A stretch of 64,000 nucleotides of DNA from the human T2T-CHM13v2.0 reference genome, Homo sapiens: NCBI RefSeq assembly GCF_009914755.1, contig NC_060946.1, one strand, 5' to 3'. The notes under the pieces were generated by a model, which worked only from the letters and a program-made list of their open reading frames with translations, made no database searches and had not been told where the DNA came from. The position numbers and the translations under genes are program-made. Below are positions 59,968-64,000 of the stretch, piece by piece (within the stretch, counting starts at the first letter, position 1; the number at the start of each line of letters is the position of its first letter).

Positions 59968-60265
59968 CTTTTCTTTTTTTTTGAGACAGAGTATCGCTCT
60001 GTCACCCAGGCTGGAGTGCAGTGGCGTGATCTTGGCTCAGTGCAACCTCCGCCTCCCGGGTTTAAGCGATTCTCCTACCTCAGTCCCCCCAAATAGCTGG
60101 GGTTACAGACGTGCGCCACCACGTCCAGCTAATTTTTATATTTTTAGTACAGACAGGGTTTCTCCATGTTGGCCAGGCTGGTCTCGAACTCCTGACCTCT
60201 GGTGATTCACCCATCTTGGCCTCCTAAAGTGCTAGAATTATAGGCCTGAGCCACCGCGCCCGGCC
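59968..60265 (-). mobile_element. Alu, antisense
   Basis: Full Alu reverse complement; agccatcagtt on both flanks. Confidence 0.88.
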
Positions 60266-60479
60266 CCCAGCCATCAGTTTTTGATGTCACCTTGCCACCT
60301 GGCGTCTAGCACTTCCTCCTGAACACCTGAATGTAGTTGTCTGTTGGTCTTGCAGCCCCGTCCTGCCCGGGACACCAGCCGCCCACCCCTGAGGCTGCCT
60401 GTGGGCCTCTGGCTTTTCCTGTCCTGCAGGGGGATGGGAAAGATCTGGGGCCACGACTTCCTCTGAGGCCCCGCCCAGC

Positions 60480-60640
60480 GGCAATGCTGGCATTGTTGTG
60501 AAGTCCACCCTGTGTGCACACAGCATCCCTGCCCTGGGCCCGCTGGTTGCCAGTAGTAACCCCAGTTGTGACAACGAAAAATGTGTCCAGACCTTGCCTG
60601 ATGTCCCCTGGGGGACAGTCACCCTGGGGGACGGCTGCTG
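60480..60640 (-). mobile_element. MER20-like hAT DNA transposon fossil
   Basis: 'cagcatccctg...tgccagtagtaaccccagttgtgacaacgaaaaatgtgtccagaccttgcctgatgtcccctggggg' matches the MER20 reverse strand as I recall it. Confidence 0.7.
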
Positions 60641-60991
60641 GTGAGCGCTCACAGATGTGTGTCCATAGCAGCTGACTCTCCTTTGCATCTCCTCCCCGAG
60701 GACGCAGTGGCAGGCAGGCCACGCCCCTCCATGTGTAAGACCTGCCGAAAACACTCCTCGTGGGGTTGGGGTGGGAGTGCAGGGGCCTTGGTGGTTTCTA
60801 CACCCATGGGCCTGCCCGGCACGTGCCCCAGACTGTGCAGACAGGGCCTGGTCAGTGGCTGGATGTTGACCAAACGTGGAATATGTCTGTGTGTCAGGTA
60901 AAGCTGTGGTGCATTCTGGTTGGTTGTTTGCTTTTGTTTTAATCAAGGTTCTCTTTCTGCTGTAGGGCTGCATGATTTAGCAGCCACAACA

Positions 60992-61288
<297 letters not shown>

Positions 61289-61376
61289 AGCCACAACAAC
61301 GTCTTTTCCTTTTTCTTATTTTCACAAGGGGCTGGGGTCAGGTTTGGCCTGTTGACGCCTCGGGTCTTCCCTCCAG

Positions 61377-61557
61377 GTTTGGATCCTTTGAGATTTTTAA
61401 GTCTGCAGATGAGCACACAGGGCGTGCAGGCCCCAGCGTGGGGAGGAACGACATTCGAGTGCAGCTGCTCGACTATGTCATCAGCTCCTTTTACCCCGAG
61501 ATCCAGGCTGCTCATGCCAGCGACAGCGTGCAGAGAAATGCTGCCTTCTTCCGGGAG
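61377..61557 (+). CDS. SELENOO: SELENOO coding exon 3 (RFGSFE)
   Basis: tccag|G TTT GGA ... GAG|gtcagt. Confidence 0.96.
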
Positions 61558-62913
61558 GTCAGTGGGCCGCACGCCACCCCTCCCTGCGGGTGGATGCTGG
61601 GTGTCCCCACCTGTGTTGAAGACACCCTCATTTTGGCCGGGGGACAAAGGCTTTTACCCAGCCTCCCCGCCCTTCTCTGAGCTCCCGCTCCTGTCCGCAA
61701 ACCCCATCATGTGTGCTCGGGCCCTGGGACAAACCTGAAACTCCCCTGGGCTCCGTGGTGTTGGGGGCCCTGGGCGTGCTCTCCTATTGGTATCCCTGCA
61801 GGGCCAGCTTGGGGCGGGGGTGCGGGGTGGGAGCTGGCTTGGGTGGAAGGACCATGGGCTGGGCACCTCCCACGTGGGTCGATACGTCTTGATGCCCAGG
61901 GCAGCCAGCCGGGTCCTGACTGGGGAGATGCTGAGTGCCCACCTGGGGTCTGGGTCCCCGCCCCACGGACACCACAGACGTCCCACATGGCTTGATGGCA
62001 TCGTCCTTGTCACAGGGCATTCAGCACACGGTGGGGGAACCCGGCACCTCACCTGGCTGGGCTGGGGGCCTGCAGCATCAGCGGGGTCAGGCCAAGTAGG
62101 GGTTCCGGGGGACCGGGCACAGCATCTTCTTTGAGAAGTCTCAGGCCACCCCTGGAGCAGCTGCAGCCAGGGCTGCGTGGGGACCCGCTTTGCCACGTGG
62201 CTGGGGGCTGTTGGGCTGCCGTCAGCAGAAGCTGGCGCCAGGCAGGTGCTCCTAGGGCTGTGTCCTGCCCCAGCTCCATCCCTGCAGTCCACCCCAGCCA
62301 TGTTCCATGTGGGTGGGCGATGGGGCTGCAGAAGGCCGGGAGGAGCCGCTGGGGCAGCCTGGTGCTCCGGCATAGACATGCGTGGGTGGTCAAGGCAGGT
62401 CACTCTGCCCCTCAGAGCCTCAGTCTTCTGCCAGTGACGCAGGGAGACGGCACTGACTGCCTCCCAGGAGCGTCGGTGGCCTTGAAGGAGAGAGGTGGTG
62501 TCAGGCCTGTGTTCAGCAGGGCCGGTGGGGCCCTCAGTGCACCCTGCACCTTGGGGGCTCCTGGCCCCCCTGTTGATTGGCCCCTATTCTCAAGGTTACC
62601 GGTGCTGGGCTGGGTGGGGACTGCTGTCTGGTTGGGGGGGGCCAGGCCAGCAGGGTGGTGGTGGCACCAGGATGGACAGTGGCCTGGCCCTGGGGCAGGT
62701 GTGGCCCCTCAGTGAACTGACCCTTCTCTGCTTCTTTGGGGTCTCTACTGGGCCTGAGTCTGGGGTTCCCTGATTTTTCTAGTTTGGGTAAAAGCCAAAT
62801 TTTGTGAGCATATTAAAGAGTGGATGCTGTGAGTGCAACGCACTCTTCATCGCCACCTTGTGGTTGAGGCGGTGACAGGACATCAGGAAGATCGCCCAGA
62901 AACTGCAGAGTGA

Positions 62914-63153
<240 letters not shown>

Positions 63154-63471
63154 TAAGTGGCCCTGGGGCCCAGCAAAGTGCAGGCCCCAGGGCTGGGGGG
63201 TGCGGGCTGCATGAAACCTGCTGCCCCCAGGCACTGGCCCGTGATGCTTGAGGGGGAGCCGAGGGGGCTGGGGGCTGATGTAGGAAGTAGAGAGTCCAGG
63301 GCAATCCCGGAGGCCTTGGCCAGGGGCTGGTGAGACAGGACCCCTGTGGGACAGGGCCAGAGAGCCACGGCCACTTGGGACCTTCCCCTGGGCCTCCCCT
63401 CCAGGGTGGCTGCACCATCTCCCGGGAACTTCCTCTCAGGCAGGGCGTGGCTCTCTTGCCCCGTGTGGCAG

Positions 63472-63752
63472 GTACGACCCCGACCACGTGTGCAATGCCT
63501 CCGACAACACCGGCCGCTACGCGTACAGCAAGCAGCCCGAGGTGTGCAGGTGGAACCTGCGGAAGCTGGCCGAGGCCCTGCAGCCGGAACTGCCCCTGGA
63601 GCTGGGGGAGGCCATCCTGGCCGAGGAGTTTGACGCCGAGTTCCAAAGGCACTACCTGCAGAAGATGCGCAGGAAGCTGGGCCTCGTGCAGGTGGAGCTG
63701 GAGGAAGACGGGGCGCTGGTGTCCAAGCTCCTGGAGACCATGCATCTGACCG
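63472..63752 (+). CDS. SELENOO: SELENOO coding exon 5
   Basis: ggcag|G TAC GAC ... ACC G|gtgagt; the gene continues beyond the window. Confidence 0.96.
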
Positions 63753-63869
63753 GTGAGTGACCCAGCCGTGCCCACAGCAAGGCGCCTCCCGTGCTGTTGT
63801 GCTTAGAGATGGTTTACCTTCTGGCTTCCAGGTTCCAAGTGCACAGTCACTCCCTGGGCCCACCCCAGC

Positions 63870-64000
63870 CCTGGCACCCCCATTCTACTCTCTGTCTTTA
63901 TGAATTTGGTGAATCTAGGACCTGCTGCGAGTGGAGTCATACGGTGCTTGTTCTGTGGTGACTGCTTATTTGACTTAGCATAAGGTCCTCAATGTTCACC
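63870..64000 (-). mobile_element. L1M-type 3' end fragment, antisense
   Basis: cattctactctctgtctttatgaatttg...gcttatttgacttagcataaggtcctcaatgttca. Confidence 0.7.

Overview
Human genomic DNA that I recognise from the translated proteins as distal chr22q13.33: GC-rich and Alu-dense, with four genes all on the + strand. In order: the last 8 coding exons and poly(A) signal of MOV10L1 (piRNA-pathway UPF1-like SF1 helicase); the complete PANX2 gene (3 coding exons, 677 aa when joined); the complete TRABD gene (non-coding exon 1 plus 9 coding exons, 376 aa); and the first 5 coding exons of SELENOO (SelO pseudokinase/AMPylase; the Sec codon and SECIS lie beyond the window). All exon junctions were checked by hand for GT-AG and reading frame. 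The rest is about 30 Alus, old L1/MLT1/MIR/MER20 fossils and several VNTRs. I find no support for a new gene or a new biological system. The most interesting signals are at smaller scale: a frame-shifting exitron in PANX2; a stronger-Kozak downstream ATG in SELENOO that would skip the mitochondrial presequence; a 24-bp minisatellite grown from the Alu A-box; a GATA-rich higher-order VNTR upstream of PANX2; a VNTR that multiplies DR5 nuclear-receptor elements in TRABD intron 1; an inverted pair of ZNF143/THAP11 motifs beside a MIR-derived B-box at the TRABD promoter; and inverted Alus bracketing in-frame exons. Repeat boundaries and subfamily calls are by eye and approximate.
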